Notes: a model not told the origin generated them from the letters alone. DNA of 59,672 nt, filler included, from Platydemus manokwari (GCA_037951405.1; 5 parts of 5 records of this genome joined end to end with filler, not necessarily neighbours in it), one strand, 5' to 3'. Positions 1 to 13,943 are shown, counted from the first letter of the whole stretch. Numbers and translations: made by a program.

Positions 1-3000
1 CATGTTTCCGATTTAAATCTCAAGAATAGAGAAATTTTTGCAACTAACAGTATAATTAATATAATAAATTAAATGCCAATCTTTAATTAATCGAGAGTGC
101 ATTATACCAGATTGATAGGTGATCTTATGTTCTCAAACAAAAGTCCTGAGAATTTTATTGATCGTAACTTAATCTACTTGTCACCTTATATTTTGGATTA
201 AATTGATAGTGGTTAACTGGTTAATTAAATGTTGAAGAACTGAATAGTACTATTGTCGGCAGTAATTAAATTGAAGGTTGAGAAACCCCAACCCCAATGC
301 TATAACTGGATTTTTTATTAAACCCATTGGGTTATATAAGAAATAAGCTATTCAAATTTTTGATAGTTTTTATTTAACCTTATTAATTATAATTTATATA
401 ATTAATAATAAAATTTTGATTCAAGATTTATCGAAATATTATTTTTATAATTTAAATAACAAAAGGTTTTAGACTCAAAACAATGTAAAATATACAAAAT
501 ATTAATGATAATAATTATTAGTAGTAGTAATAGTAGTATAATTAATATTATAAAATTAATATAAAATATATAAAATATTGATAATAATTATTAATAATAA
601 TAAAATTAATATAATAAGAAGGAGATGCCATGAAAAGGATCTTTTTGCCGAGATAAATAAAATCCACAAATTTCAACAGCAAAAGTTTCAATGAATTGGT
701 CAAGGAATATTAGCTGTTGGTCTTTATAATATTTTTCGATTCAAGATAAAAAAAAATATTTTAATGGATTATTGGATAGGAATTTGAAAGTTGAACGTGA
801 GTGGGATTGGGCTGACGATGAGCTGGCAAGTTAAATTAATTATCGTTATCTTATCACAAATTATTGACACTGTTTGATAAAGGACATCGAAATATTCTAG
901 TGGCCAAATCTCTGCCTATTTAAAGTCGATGTCATTAGAAAAATTTCCAATAGCTTGACAAATTTCCTCATCACATTATCATTATCACTGTCCGATTCGA
1001 ATCAGTAACATAAAGTCCTCATTAGTCGATATCGTAATTATAAATAATAGACATTGTGATTCTATTTATAATCATTCCTTTGTTTTAATCAATCCTATTT
1101 TGCGTGATACTTTTGACGAGCTATTGAACAGCATATTTGAATTGTTGTTATGAAATTATTTTTGCTGCTCATGGAATTTTGTCTGTGAAATAAAGATATG
1201 AAATTTACAGAGATTTATCCATTATAAATCAGAGCACCAGTTCCCCCTCAGATATAATCTACTAGTGGGAAACGGAAACGTCATAATTTAAGTCTATATT
1301 GTCTCAAAATCGTCCTTCTTTTTCATAATTTTCAGTCAGTGATCTTCTCAGAATCGAATCCAGATGCGAGATCGCCATGAAGCCGCTACTATTTTATAAA
1401 GAACACATCGATAATGAACTAAAGAGGCACAATACCAAATTATATATTTTAAAATAATTACATAAGCAAATAAATATAATTTTATATAAAATTAAACTTT
1501 ATATCAAATCAAATCTTTAAAAACTTAATTCAACAAAAAATTCTCACAATAATAGTTATTATTATTATCAATACATCTCGAATTATTTGAAGACTAAACG
1601 GAAATCTTGGAAATTTTTAAGGTGTATTCTATTTAAGAAATTTTCTAAGCCAAATAATTATTTAAAGCTTTAATTTGAATCCAAGGTTTTATAAAATAGT
1701 TAAATTGTATTTTAAAAAAATTGTATTATTGAAAATTGTTTTATTAAAAGCCATCAAATTCTCCGTGGGGATCATCGTGAGAAATGTGAAAAATATCACC
1801 ATATTCTGTCAATATATTATCTAATTCCAAGTCACTGCCTTCATTAGTTTTCTGATCGATTTTAAACTTATTTGAGACCCTAACCTACTCTTGGTACATT
1901 CATGAGTAACATCTTTCCAATTGCAGACAATCCAGTAGTATACTGAGTACGATCTTTTGGTTGCATTATTTGTGATTTAAACAATAAAATCATTACTGAC
2001 AAAAATTTAATAATTAATTTATAAATCAATATTAGCTTAATGAAACTATAATAATCAAACATGTGATTATTCTTGTTTTAATAATAGTAATACGTGTTAC
2101 AAATACGGCTAATGAAAACAAAGCTTGCATGAATAATATTCTAAATATAGCGGATATACTCACAGTGCGTGAACACTTATGTGGTCTATAATTTCAAAAA
2201 TATGGTCTTATTAATATTATTATCATTATAATTTTTAATTTCATTTAAATTTTATGCTGATTAATATTTTGTTTTTATTTTTATTATTGTTATTATTATT
2301 ATCACTATAATTTAACAATATTAAAAATAAGGAACACAATCAAAGTGATAAATTTCCGAGATGTGCATTTTATAAATTGTTTATCTCCTTAAGTAGCACC
2401 ATAAATTGCCACTATTTGGACTGGTAGATGATTGATGAAATTCAGTGCGCAAATATTATGTGAGTGTGTGTGTGTGTGTTTATCGTGTCGTAGTACTTTG
2501 ATAAATAGAAACATATGTTACGATTTGTCGAATGTTTTCAGGAACATATCATTCAGTTTTATTGATGGTACTGTGAAAATTTTCAATAATGATAAATAAA
2601 TGTTGATCACATCACTAATTTGTGCTCCCACTCCTCCTCTGTATAAGTGTAGATGTGTTATTTATTTGTGTGAAAATAATTATGATTTTTATTATTAGTA
2701 ATATTATTATTATTACTGCTTGTTTAATTAATTTATTATTTGCTTTCTGTTTCATTTTTGGCAATTTATTAATATGGACGAGAGTATTTAGAAATATATT
2801 ATAACAGAATTAATAATTTATTCAATCTAAAGTGCAGGTAATGTTGTTTCCAAAACTCATGTTTAAAGAAATATTAATTTTTCTTCATTCCAAAGGCTGA
2901 GAGTGGATCTGAAAATGGATCTGTAATGCAATTAGAGAAGACTGTTACTGTTCTGACATAAGAAATTAGTTGAGGTTCAGATCTACAGGAAATTTTAAAA

Positions 3001-4238
3001 AATAAAATAATGGATATGAGAACTCACTCAATACTGAACAGTTGGAAATTCTGCAAAAAATGGTAGCACATAAGATTAAAATTTTATGATCAATACATGT
3101 TATAGATAAGGTCTCTTGTCCTCAATAAAAACGTGAGAATTTTTGAAATGTGAGTTAGCACAGGTAATGAAAATAGAGGATTTCAATAATTTATATGAAA
3201 AAGATTTAGAAAGTTAGTTGTAGATGAAGAACACGACAAAGACTATTTGACTACAATGTTCCATAATACAAATTTCATTCGCAGTTGTCTTTTGTAAATG
3301 ATTTTCCTGATGCTATAAGGTATGGGGATTTCAGTGATAATAATAAATGTCGTCAAATCATAACTTTCTGATTGTTATTTTCAATTCGAAATTGTCGTCA
3401 ATTTATCTAACTTCAAATACTATGTATTGGGTTGTCCAATGACAACCAGACAGGCTGTCGTAACAACTTGAGAAAATTTCCTAAGGAAATACCTATTTCT
3501 CCCGACAATCTAGTATAAGAACCAATAACACTTGAAAGATTAGAATAAATACTGAATAAATTCAGAACTGAAATCACAAAAAATTGACATAATAATTGCT
3601 ATTAGTATTACGATTTATTAAATTAAATGACTTCTTCTGTTATCTTCATAGTCGAATACTTTATAGTCGCCGTCGATAGTATTGTTGTTTAATATATTTT
3701 TAAATTATATCACTGAGTACATATTTTAAAATCACATCGGTTTTTATTATTTATCATTTCGAATAAAAGATTTATTGGAATTGTTTTGGTGCTCTCTCGA
3801 TCTGTCATTCACAGCTACAACTGCACATAATCTGTTAGGGTTATGCCTTTAATATTTATTACTAATGTGAGTCCTTTACTGTTGGTTGGTTCAAGTATTC
3901 AAAAATTGCGGTTTGTTGGTGACTTTTGAGAATTGTTTTTTGATACTTGTTGATAACTTTAAAAGGATTGCATTTTGCTGTCCGGCCTGCTAACGTAACA
4001 AATCTAATTAAGCCAGAATTTCAATCTTCTTAAAGCTGTACTTATTACATGATTATTTTAGGAATTATTGATAATTAAACATTAATACTGTTATTCAAAA
4101 AATTTATACAAAAAAATTTGAAAAATTATGAGACATACGTGATGTATTCTTAGCAATATTGTCGGTTATTAAATTATCGATTTTTCAATCAATAAACATT
4201 TTAACTACTTGATTTTTGTTTATTTTTACGGATAGTTA

Positions 4239-5507
4239 ATGAATCTTAATTTATTCTCGATTTACTTTTTTCTATCGTTAGTTGGGCTGATATTTCCTGG
4301 AAATGCTAATTATCAACTTTTTAATCTTAGAAAATGTAACAATACGTTAACATTTATCAATTTGGATTTATATAATGCCTTGGTCATCAATGGATCGTTT
4401 CATAATAATCAACTGGTAGAGAATTCGTGTAGATTTACATTCGTTTCGAAAAGTATGAAGTCTTACGATGTGATTTTATTTAATTTGCAATTGTTTGAAA
4501 CGTTATCGTTGGGTCAAAATAAGAATGTTGCTGCACTTTTATTTTCCACTCCTGGGAAGGGTTTATTTCAATTCAAAATTTTTGATACCGATATGGTATT
4601 CAGAAATATGTTCGTATCGGCATTGTTAACCGAACGTAATTTCCATTGGGATGATAAATTAAATGTCGATTTGAAAATGATAGGACCTAGTCGAACAAAT
4701 CTAATCTTTGTCATCAATCCTGGCTATTTTTGTTCACCAAGTACTGTCGGTAGCGATTATCTCAAATGTGAAGATGGTTATAAGGAATATAATATATGTG
4801 TTTCCAATCATTTTAAATGCGATGGATGGAATAATTGTCCCGATCGCGATACTGATGAGTCTCAATTAGCTTGTCATTCTCAATTCGTACATCATATTTT
4901 GATACCGTCTTTGATTCTATCATGTACGGTTTTTGTTTTGGGGTGGGTTTTATTGAAGATTACACCTTGTTTATTGGAACAAAGAAGATTGTTTCTCATT
5001 CGACGTAGTCATGTGCTTCTCGGTTCCGTAACAGGTACATCAATCGGTGGAAGAAATGGAACTCAATTTTTTCAATCGTTCTCAATTGGTCGTCGATCAT
5101 CGGAAAACAATTTGACACCCGAAAATATACCAAACAGTCCTCCAAAATATCAAAACACCTACCAACCAACGAATTCTGTCGACCACCATCTACCACCAAG
5201 CTATTCTGAGGACAATGATATCGGAGTAGTACCTGATTTTTTTAAACGTTTTTTCGGAAAAATCAGAACGAGACTGCATTTGGAAAATCCTGAAAATCTA
5301 TTTGCAAATTCTGAAAGAATGAAAAGTATTTTAGATTCACAATCTGAGATTCCCAATCAATTAGTCATGGTGCAAAAGCAGGATAAATACACGTTGCCGA
5401 CAGATTCCGATACACTCACCAGTATTACTTCAACCGATGTCTTTTGGAGCGCACCGAATTTTGCAAATTCCGCCAATAAAATTAATAAAAATAATTTATC
5501 AAATTAA
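4239..5507 (+). CDS. Single-exon type I membrane protein: signal peptide, degenerate CUB-like ectodomain, one LDL-receptor class A repeat, TM helix, cytoplasmic tail with two PPxY motifs
   Basis: 422-aa ORF. Hydrophobic N-terminus (MNLNLFSIYFFLSLVGLIFPGNA). Six-Cys LDLa motif CSPSTVGSDYLKCEDGYKEYNICVSNHFKCDGWNNCPDRDTDESQLAC. TM ILIPSLILSCTVFVLGWVLL. PPKY and PPSY in the tail. The CUB-like call is a weak inference. Confidence 0.8.
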   Translation: MNLNLFSIYFFLSLVGLIFPGNANYQLFNLRKCNNTLTFINLDLYNALVINGSFHNNQLVENSCRFTFVSKSMKSYDVILFNLQLFETLSLGQNKNVAALLFSTPGKGLFQFKIFDTDMVFRNMFVSALLTERNFHWDDKLNVDLKMIGPSRTNLIFVINPGYFCSPSTVGSDYLKCEDGYKEYNICVSNHFKCDGWNNCPDRDTDESQLACHSQFVHHILIPSLILSCTVFVLGWVLLKITPCLLEQRRLFLIRRSHVLLGSVTGTSIGGRNGTQFFQSFSIGRRSSENNLTPENIPNSPPKYQNTYQPTNSVDHHLPPSYSEDNDIGVVPDFFKRFFGKIRTRLHLENPENLFANSERMKSILDSQSEIPNQLVMVQKQDKYTLPTDSDTLTSITSTDVFWSAPNFANSANKINKNNLSN

Positions 5508-8500
5508 TTTATATTACTGATTAAGAAAATGCTACCTTTGAATAAATGGCTTTCGCAAATGCAAAAGTAAAGGAAAATCGAATTCTTTGTCTTCGTACTA
5601 ATGAGGATCTCTGAATTTTAACGATTTTTTATCAAGATTACTTTTAATTTCTAGTTTTAATATATTTCAATGTCGTGTAGACTGAAACTTGGACCTAATT
5701 TGTTTTCTTTCATACATTAAATTTATTGAAGCAATTAGATATCTTGATTTATTTAAAGTTCTCTTTTAATCATTCTTATGTGCAAAACTTTTTTTACTCA
5801 TAAATATCCTATAATATTTATATATAGATATTAATGTTTATAATTTTTAATTTAAAATGAGTGTGATCAAGAAAGGCCATATTCAAACATCTTTAAGAAT
5901 GTATTTGTTTCAATAATTTGTTTATTTAAATAAATTTCTACTGGATTCTTCAATGGATCATTTCAATAATTTTACTGGTATAATCACAGATAGCATGATG
6001 ACCTTCCACATGGATGCAATCATGAACAGACTAATACCAGATAAATACATTAATAACTATAGCCGATATTTCGATTTTAGCATTGATGGGTATATAAATC
6101 GACAAGAGGAGAAACGGACTGCGTAGTGTCTTTAGGTAATCGATGATGCTTTTAAGTCAATCAGTTTAGAAGCGATATTAACTTGTGAAAACATTGCTTT
6201 TCAATTTTTAAAACGACCCATCCTTTTAACCGGCCAACCAGTATTTCGGAAAGATGTTATAATTTGGTTAAGCTTCTATAACAACAGGGGCCACGGAAAA
6301 ATTTTGAGAAATTTTGTTTTCTATAACAGAAACTACTCGGGTGACATATACACTAAAAGTGCGTGATTAAAGACCGTAGTTATGGTCTGGACAATCGAGC
6401 TGACAATGATTTTAAACATGTTTAAAATATTTTCACATAGACCAGACATGTATAGTTTAGAAAAACAGAAAAGAAAGTTTTGTTCAAAGAAGATCCATCT
6501 CAATAAAAGAAAAATTAAAAGGGCTACATACAAAACCGATAACAAACGAAATTTATTTAAGTTTGTCATAATATTTTCTTAGATTTTAACTTCTAAAAAT
6601 TGTTTTCAGTGGGCATTTAATGAAATAATGAATAATGACAGCTAATATGACTGTCACACATTTGGACTAGATTTAAAACATGACAGCTCCAGATAAAAAA
6701 AATGAAACAATAGTAGCACTGAATTTGATAATAGGCAATTATTATCTGAAGGTCTTTCTTTAAAATTTAATATAGGATTGAATTCGACGAACTGTGATTT
6801 TGTCTAAATAAAATTTTATTAATAGCTTGAATTAATATAATAGTAATTTAGATTATAACATGGCCGTTATTAGTAACTAGAGTTCGAATTAGAAATTCTG
6901 CTCAGAATATTGTGTGTGGTGCTGGAATTTGGCTCAATTTATTATACCCTTGTTAACGTGTGGTCTGCTATGATGGTGGTTTTCATCAACCTTTAATCGC
7001 GTAAATTCGCTTTTCTTAATTATCTTTTTTGCATTTTTATTATCTTTCTGTTATATATACCTATATATTTCTTTAATAATTATTATTCAATGCCTTTAAT
7101 TTTCGGTATTTTATTATCTAGTTAATTTTTATACCATCAAACTTTAATTAACCCTCGTCTTCTTTTACCATAAAAAATAAAATATAATTAGATATCATTC
7201 AATAACTTTTCAATAATAGGGAATCAATTGTAAAATTCTATCGTAATTAAATGTCAAAAAATCAAATATTAAACTGATCGTAAAATAGTCTTGATAAATT
7301 GATTAAAGGCACGACACACAGAATGAATGGCAGATCACATTTGGTTTGAGTTTGAACAGAATTGGCGGATGATTGATACATTAGATATTTACACTAGGCT
7401 TTTGGAACTCAGTCTGCACTCTAACAATATTTTCAACAATAAAAACAAATAATTTTATCTGTACAAGCTTACCAATTAAAATATCAATTAACAATTTAAA
7501 GATTTACAATGAAAATAATTGTGTATATCAAAAATCAAAGTAATTGTAAGAGATCGAATAAATTGTAATGTTAATTACTCAAAACGACTTTTCATCGTTG
7601 ATTGGGCATGTTCGCATTTGAGGATTATTGATAATTTGAACTGGCATTTGATTTATTATTGTCCGATCCCCTAACATAACAAAGATACTAATTATAATTA
7701 ATGCGTAACTAGATAAAAATTGTAGTGTTTTATTTTTCATGTATTAATAATTTTTATAAAACGACTTTGTCGATTCCACGAAGAAAATTCAATTAAAAAC
7801 ATTAAATCTCTTTAAACCAATTTCCTTCAATTTACGTATTAAAACAAATAAAACAAAATCGTGATAAAAAAACCGGTAATAGAGAAAATTTCTAGTCATA
7901 CCTAATAAATTATAACATGAACAATAACAATCAATAAAATAATCATGTCTAATAATGACATGAAAAATATTTAAACTAATTTAAAATTATAGCGCAGAGA
8001 AAATTAATCCGCATAAATTTAAACACGCAGAATTTTCCTTCTTAATAAACAGATAAATGAAAAAATATATTCTGTACATCGGGTAAATAAGCGCAGAGAA
8101 TTTCTATGAGTGATTCATCAATTCCTTCATAATATCAGATGAACAACCACAATAATAACGACACACAATAACGACACAGTATTAGCAAGACACAGTAACA
8201 AGTAAGCAATGTTATAATTCCTTAATTAGATAGAAGAGAGAAAAATTTTTCACGGAGGTAATCAAAAAATTTGTTAGTGCGCCGTTTCATATTTGGAAGA
8301 CCAAACTACATAAGTGTAAATACATTCTAAAATCATATTTTACAACTTATAATATTCCTATTTACCGAGTTCTACTAATTCTTGAAATTGATTTTGCTTA
8401 TCATAAATGGAATTATTTGCCGGGAATCAATGAGATTAGAATGAACGATTGCCATAAAATAGACGTCATAATTAATTTACATCTAAGTAGTAGTAATAAT

Positions 8501-8671
8501 AACTTTTGATTAATATTTTTGAAGATTTTTTCGAAGTTTCAGTACCGTTTAAAGTCAAGAGTTGAGTAATTACAAACCATTAATAAAATTTGACTCCAAT
8601 TTCAAGAGGGAAATAATATATTTCTCTGTATATTAATCAATACATATATTACTCTATTCAAGATCTCAACT

Positions 8672-8875
8672 AAACTTGGTTTTCAACTGGTAGTTGCCCA
8701 TCTTTACATTCATATTTATATTCTAGATCTGCGTATATTTTTTGTGTCATGTTGCATCATATTTGGATTTGATATTTGTTTTTCTATGTTTCTCTTGGAT
8801 TTTTAAATTTTTACATGAGTGGGATTGATCAATCCCTATGTGTGTATTGTTGTGTAGCTATGCCTCTTTTTCAAT
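8672..8875. repeat. Dispersed repeat copy A (diverged, probably a mobile-element remnant)
   Basis: Aligns by eye with 37938-38145 (aaacttgg-tt-caactggtagtt--ccatctttacat ... tattttttgtgtca ... tcaatcc ... tgttgtgt-gct). Confidence 0.7.
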
Positions 8876-9693
8876 TGTAGTTCATCAACTAACTTCAATA
8901 TGATTGGTTGGTTGGTATGTCTATATGGTTCCAAGTTGCAATTTTGTTTTTCTTTTTGCAGAATTTCATCTCACTCAACACAACAATTATAGTGCTAAAG
9001 GTAGATAATAGGGATAGAGATTCATACATTGATTCTGATTTTCAAATCAATTGTAATTTGTTATAAACAATACAGTTGTATGAAGCAGAAAATAAATTCA
9101 ATTAGATAGATTACACTTCTGGCCTTATTGGATATCCTGAAAATGTTGTCAAATTATATTATTTTGAAAAGAGACTTCTTTTTTCGATTTTTGTATTTTT
9201 ATACTGCTGAGATTTTTAGTTTATTTGGATATTTATATTTACAGAATTTATTGTACTATTTTGCATGATATTGTTTTTTAACTTATTTAGATAAATTTTT
9301 GAATTTAAAACCTTTTCACCGGTATACATATTCAACTCTACATATATTACAATTTTATCCATATTCGAGGAGATTTAATTTCAATTTTGTTGTGCTTATT
9401 TTCTTTATTAAGTATTTTCGAATTATTTATTTTATTCTAATTTGATTGGTAAAATAAAACTTTTTGGTTAATGAACATGTTTACTTTAATCAAATTGTGC
9501 TCAATCGCTAATATTTAGATTTTTAATTTAAATCATATTCCAATTGTACATTTTAATTATCTTTGTTTATTTTAAAAGTCATTTGAGATTTCATAGAAAT
9601 TTCTTTCGCTTAATTTTAACATTTCATTGAGATTTTAACTAATCAGAAATTTGTTTAAATATTGGTTATCAAGAATCAAATTTTTAAATTAAA

Positions 9694-10749
9694 ATGATTA
9701 ATTATTTAATTTCTATTGTAAAACATGAATTTTTAAATCAACTGAAATTAATGTATATAAAATTACGTTGGGATTTACAGATGCGATATCATATTATTAT
9801 AAAGCGTAGAAATAATTATATAAATATTGAAGATTTAAAAATATTTTATGAAGATTCTAACTTGTTGATTGTCTCTAAATCTCACGACCTAATGATTAAT
9901 CATATTAATCCTTCCAAATATTTTTTAACCCTTAGCAATCAATTATATTATAAAAGGTACTGGAAAGCTGACCCTGATCTTTTTCATCATTTTCGATTTT
10001 GTCACCAGTTGGATTATGCTACAAGTGGCCTTATATGTATTGGATTTAATAAATCTGGTGGTGGACAAGTTAGTAAAAGTTTTGAAAACAGAACAGCTAA
10101 AAAGCAATATTTAGCAATTCTATGGGGTTACATTAGTGAAGAAACTTGTAATCGGAAACTTTCGAATAGCAAAAGTTATCATACTATTTCTGTTCCAATT
10201 GGTAGTAAAAAAGTAACATATGAAAATGGTAGAGAACAAAATGTTCAATGTACAATCGATGATTCAGAATGCATGGTAAACATTTTTTATGTTAACGAAA
10301 TTTAATTTTCTCTGGGCTTTATGCAAAAATATTATATAACGAAAGATACTGTAGGATTAATGAAAACATTTTTACGTTTAACAAGACAATATTTGTAGAA
10401 TGCAAAATCTGCAATAACGGATATTATGATATTGGAACATGGTCTCTACGACAACAAACCAGCAACCAAAGTTTTGTTAATTCCGTTAACTGGTAGAACG
10501 CATCAGTTACGAGTACACTGTGCGCATATTGGGCACGGGATTATCGGTGATTGCGTTTACGGTAAATATTCATACGAGAAGCAATTCAAACGAATGATGC
10601 TACATGCATACAAATTGAAATTACCTGAATCGAAAATGTATTCAGAAATCGATTTGACAGCAGAAGATCCATTTCAATCACAAGTCGATTCTCATTGGCA
10701 AAGCATTCGGATTTTGAATCAGTCGAATGATTACACTTTGCATATGTAA
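9694..10749 (+). CDS. RPUSD1: RNA pseudouridylate synthase domain-containing protein 1 (RluA family), 2 exons: 9694-10275 and 10399-10749
   Basis: Catalytic motif [15 protein letters not shown], then [30 protein letters not shown] and RMMLHA. A phase-0 GT-AG intron (10276-10398) joins the two track ORFs in frame. Confidence 0.92.
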
Positions 10750-12597
10750 AATAATAAAAATAATTCCAATTTGTATTTTGAATAAATGTAAATTGTTTTA
10801 CTTGTCCTTGCCATGGCAATATTTATTTCCATGGATTTTTATAACGAGGTCGAAAAAGCAATCAATATGAATACATTTAAATTATTAATTGATTAGTTTT
10901 CAATTCAATTTACGTTAATTGACAATATTTATAATAGTTTTTTAATTATTTTCTACGATTTATAATTTTACATTTATTTAAAGATTTGAAATAAATTTAA
11001 TTTGGTTGTTTTCAGTTTTAATTATTAATTAAACAATCTATCTATTAAATTATTTGATGGAATCATAGCTAATCAAAATTTTCTCGGCTTCATCCTAATA
11101 TTAAAATCATTATTTTATCCGATTATTTCAGAATGAAGCGTGTTTTAAAGTATTTATTAACAACTAAGCTTAATATTTAATGTTAGAATCATTGTGTAAA
11201 ATTACAGCATTTTTTATACACATCAATTGGCTCGAATAATCTTTCATAATGATAAAACTTGATTGAACTTGTAAGATAATTGTAAATTATGCTATTAAAT
11301 TATATCTTGAAATTATACAATGGTGGATATATATAGCCTGAATTGAATTTGTTTTTTCTTATTATTTGGTTTTAAAATTTATAATATGTTTATCTTATAG
11401 TGGGTGGTTACTTATTCTTTTTAACTTTTTTACACTTTAATGCTAGCGACATATGTATAATACTCGAATATATGCTTGACCCGAAATTATAATTTCATTT
11501 CAGAACTTAATTAAAAACTGAAGAGGATCATGAGCTTCTAATTATTTCTCGATATGTTTAATTTATAATTAGGACATTTATGATAGTATATTTAGAACGT
11601 TTATTTTCGTCCCATTGGATTTTGTACTTTACACAAAGTATTTTGTTTTTTTACAGTGTATTAATATGATAACAAAAATGAAATGGATTTAATAGATAAC
11701 TTGCATCATTGCTTTTAATATTTGTTTAACGAAACCAGAGCATGGAAATAATAAGTGAATATATTTATACAAAAAGATTCCTTTCGACGTAAAAAGAATG
11801 AAATGAATAAGAAAACCACCGAAGCTAGGAATCTGTGAAAGGATGCTCTCTGAGATTCAATTCAATGAATTAGTCACGATTTTATTGTTTTGAAATAAAC
11901 AGCATTAGATTGAATACAATATGAAATTCATTGTAGTTTTTTAGAGTCAAAGCTTTCGGTTCAAAATTTAGTGATTTCCTCAATTTTGGTTAGAGTTTAT
12001 ACAGACTATTGTCTATACTTTTTGGTGAATTGTTGCTCATAATTTGATTAGTTTTTATGTTGGTTATGTTGACGTCCAAAAGAATTAAAGGTTGCAAACT
12101 ATATTCTCGATAACATGTACTAATCATTATGATACAAGCGCTTCTATTGTATACTTATGATATTTTAATTATTTATCTTTTTTATCTGATACACTTATAT
12201 CTGGAAAATTTAATCTGGTTTCGTTAAAAATAGTTAATTTTTTAATAATAATACAAATAATAGATATTATAATTTCGAAAATTGCGATAAATTCAAAGGA
12301 GAAACCAATAATGAATTCCTTTTAATAATGGAATATTAACCCGCATAAAACATGACAATGGCAAGCAGGAGATTGACATTCATTTAACCAAGCAACAAAA
12401 TAATCTTATTCATGAAATATCTGTTGAACAAAATAAATAATTACCCCTATTATTAAAAATACGTGGATTAGAGTTGCTCTAGGTGAAAGAACATCATAAT
12501 ATTTGGTTCGCGATTACTTGCGGGTCATTAAAAATTCAAAGTCCTAATGAGACTCAGACATTGTAAAAGAGTGCCAATAATAGTGTTGAGAATACAC

Positions 12598-12805
12598 TCA
12601 ACCCAAGCACCACACCTCTTCAATCAATAACCAAACATCTCCAAAACACCTTTCCAATCAATAATCGATCCCAAAATTCAGCCCAAACACCTCTTCAACC
12701 AATAACTAAACATCCTTTCAATTGATAAACACCTATCAAAGCCTTTTCAATCAGTAAACACCTCTCAACTTCCCAGTCTCAATCACTTCATTAAAACACC
12801 TCAAA
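12598..12805. repeat. Degenerate C/A-rich tandem repeat (units like AACACCTCTTCAATCAATAACCA)
   Basis: About six imperfect copies of aacacct-ttcaatcaataa are visible. Confidence 0.55.
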
Positions 12806-13330
12806 ACTTAGAACAACAATATCCTAATCCAAACAACCAATACATCAAACTCAATAAAAACTCAATACAACCCCAGTGCAATCAAGTAATACCCAAAAAT
12901 GCCGTATAACCAATTAGATCATTCCAAAATCTATGATCCCGAACAATTCGATTATCATTCCAAAATCCATAATCCTCTCAAATTTCGAATGTGAGCAATT
13001 GAGATTCTTCTACAGAATTCCCAAACCTAAAAATAATATAATAATTTGTGATTTAGTTCCAAAGTATAAATACACGATTTGTAAAAATATTATAATAGAC
13101 TCTCAAAATCAATTTGGATTCAGAAGATTTTCAATCTTGAACCTTTTATACGGTCTCCAAACAAATTAAATTTTTTATGTTAAAAATTGTTCATATCTAA
13201 ATATAAGGTAAGATGTACTTTATATTAATTATAATTAATTATTATTTTTTATTTTTTCTCTAATTTGGTTATGATCATCCATCCTAGTCCCAGCTCAATT
13301 TGTAATCCGTTGTGAACTGGATTTTTTAAG

Positions 13331-13676
13331 CTTTTGGATGACAACGGGATTTGCCCATATGGTAATAATGAGTTAAAATTTATAGCCTGTCAGAGCTTTA
13401 AATTCTCATTGCGGTTTGAGTGGTCTTCTAGCCACAATGTAGTAACCCTGGGTTTTAGATTACTTGTGTTGGGAAAGCGCATCCAACGCTCCAAGTACAT
13501 CTTATCATATACCCTCTGATGCCCCGAGCACATCTTATCATATACCCTCTAACGCCCCAAGCACATTCTATCACATATCATCCAATGCTCCAAGCACGTC
13601 TAACGTAACAGCCACAAATGCCAATGAAAGGATTGAGCTCGATCAAGATGGAAACATCAGCATAATTCTAGAATGA
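13331..13676 (+). CDS. Partial gene of unknown product (candidate exons 13331-13361 and 13459-13676) containing 3-4 copies of an 11-aa SNAPSTSYHIP repeat
   Basis: The 33-bp repeat units differ mostly at third codon positions (gct cca agt aca / gcc ccg agc aca / gcc cca agc aca / gct cca agc acg). AG/GT sites join LLDDNGICPY to DYLCWESAS in phase 1. No start exon was found. Confidence 0.4.
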
Positions 13677-13843
13677 ACATCGTTTATCTAGGATTTAAAA
13701 TCACATTTTAAAATCTTAAAATCAAAAAACAAATCTATCAAACAAACTGTCTATCAAAATAAACCCAACCACCAATAAAATCATTTGACGGCTTTGACGG
13801 GCATTGCCACAAGAGGTCAACCAAAATCTTCAGTTCTATTATA

Positions 13844-13943
13844 NNNNNNNNNNNNNNNNNNNNNNNNNNNNNNNNNNNNNNNNNNNNTTAATTAATTAAN
13901 NNNNNNNNNNNNNNNNNNNNNNNNNNNNNNNNNNNNNNNNNNN
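13844..13943. other. Artificial contig linker (44 N + TTAATTAATTAA + 44 N)
   Basis: The same 100-bp structure occurs four times. The 12-mer places stop codons in all six frames. Confidence 0.97.

Noticed and set aside
6333-6582. Overlapping ORFs 6333-6569 (-, hydrophobic N-terminus) and 6382-6582 (+)
   Set aside because: Short, no motif, and no convincing splice continuation; hydrophobicity is expected from T-rich DNA.
9994-10035. HQLD instead of the RluA-family HRLD motif, as a possible inactive or novel enzyme
   Set aside because: HQLD is the normal RPUSD1 signature, and the catalytic Asp is present.
13888-13899. TTAATTAATTAA repeated at roughly regular spacing, as a possible biological motif or array
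   Set aside because: Always embedded in exactly 44+44 Ns; it is an assembly spacer.
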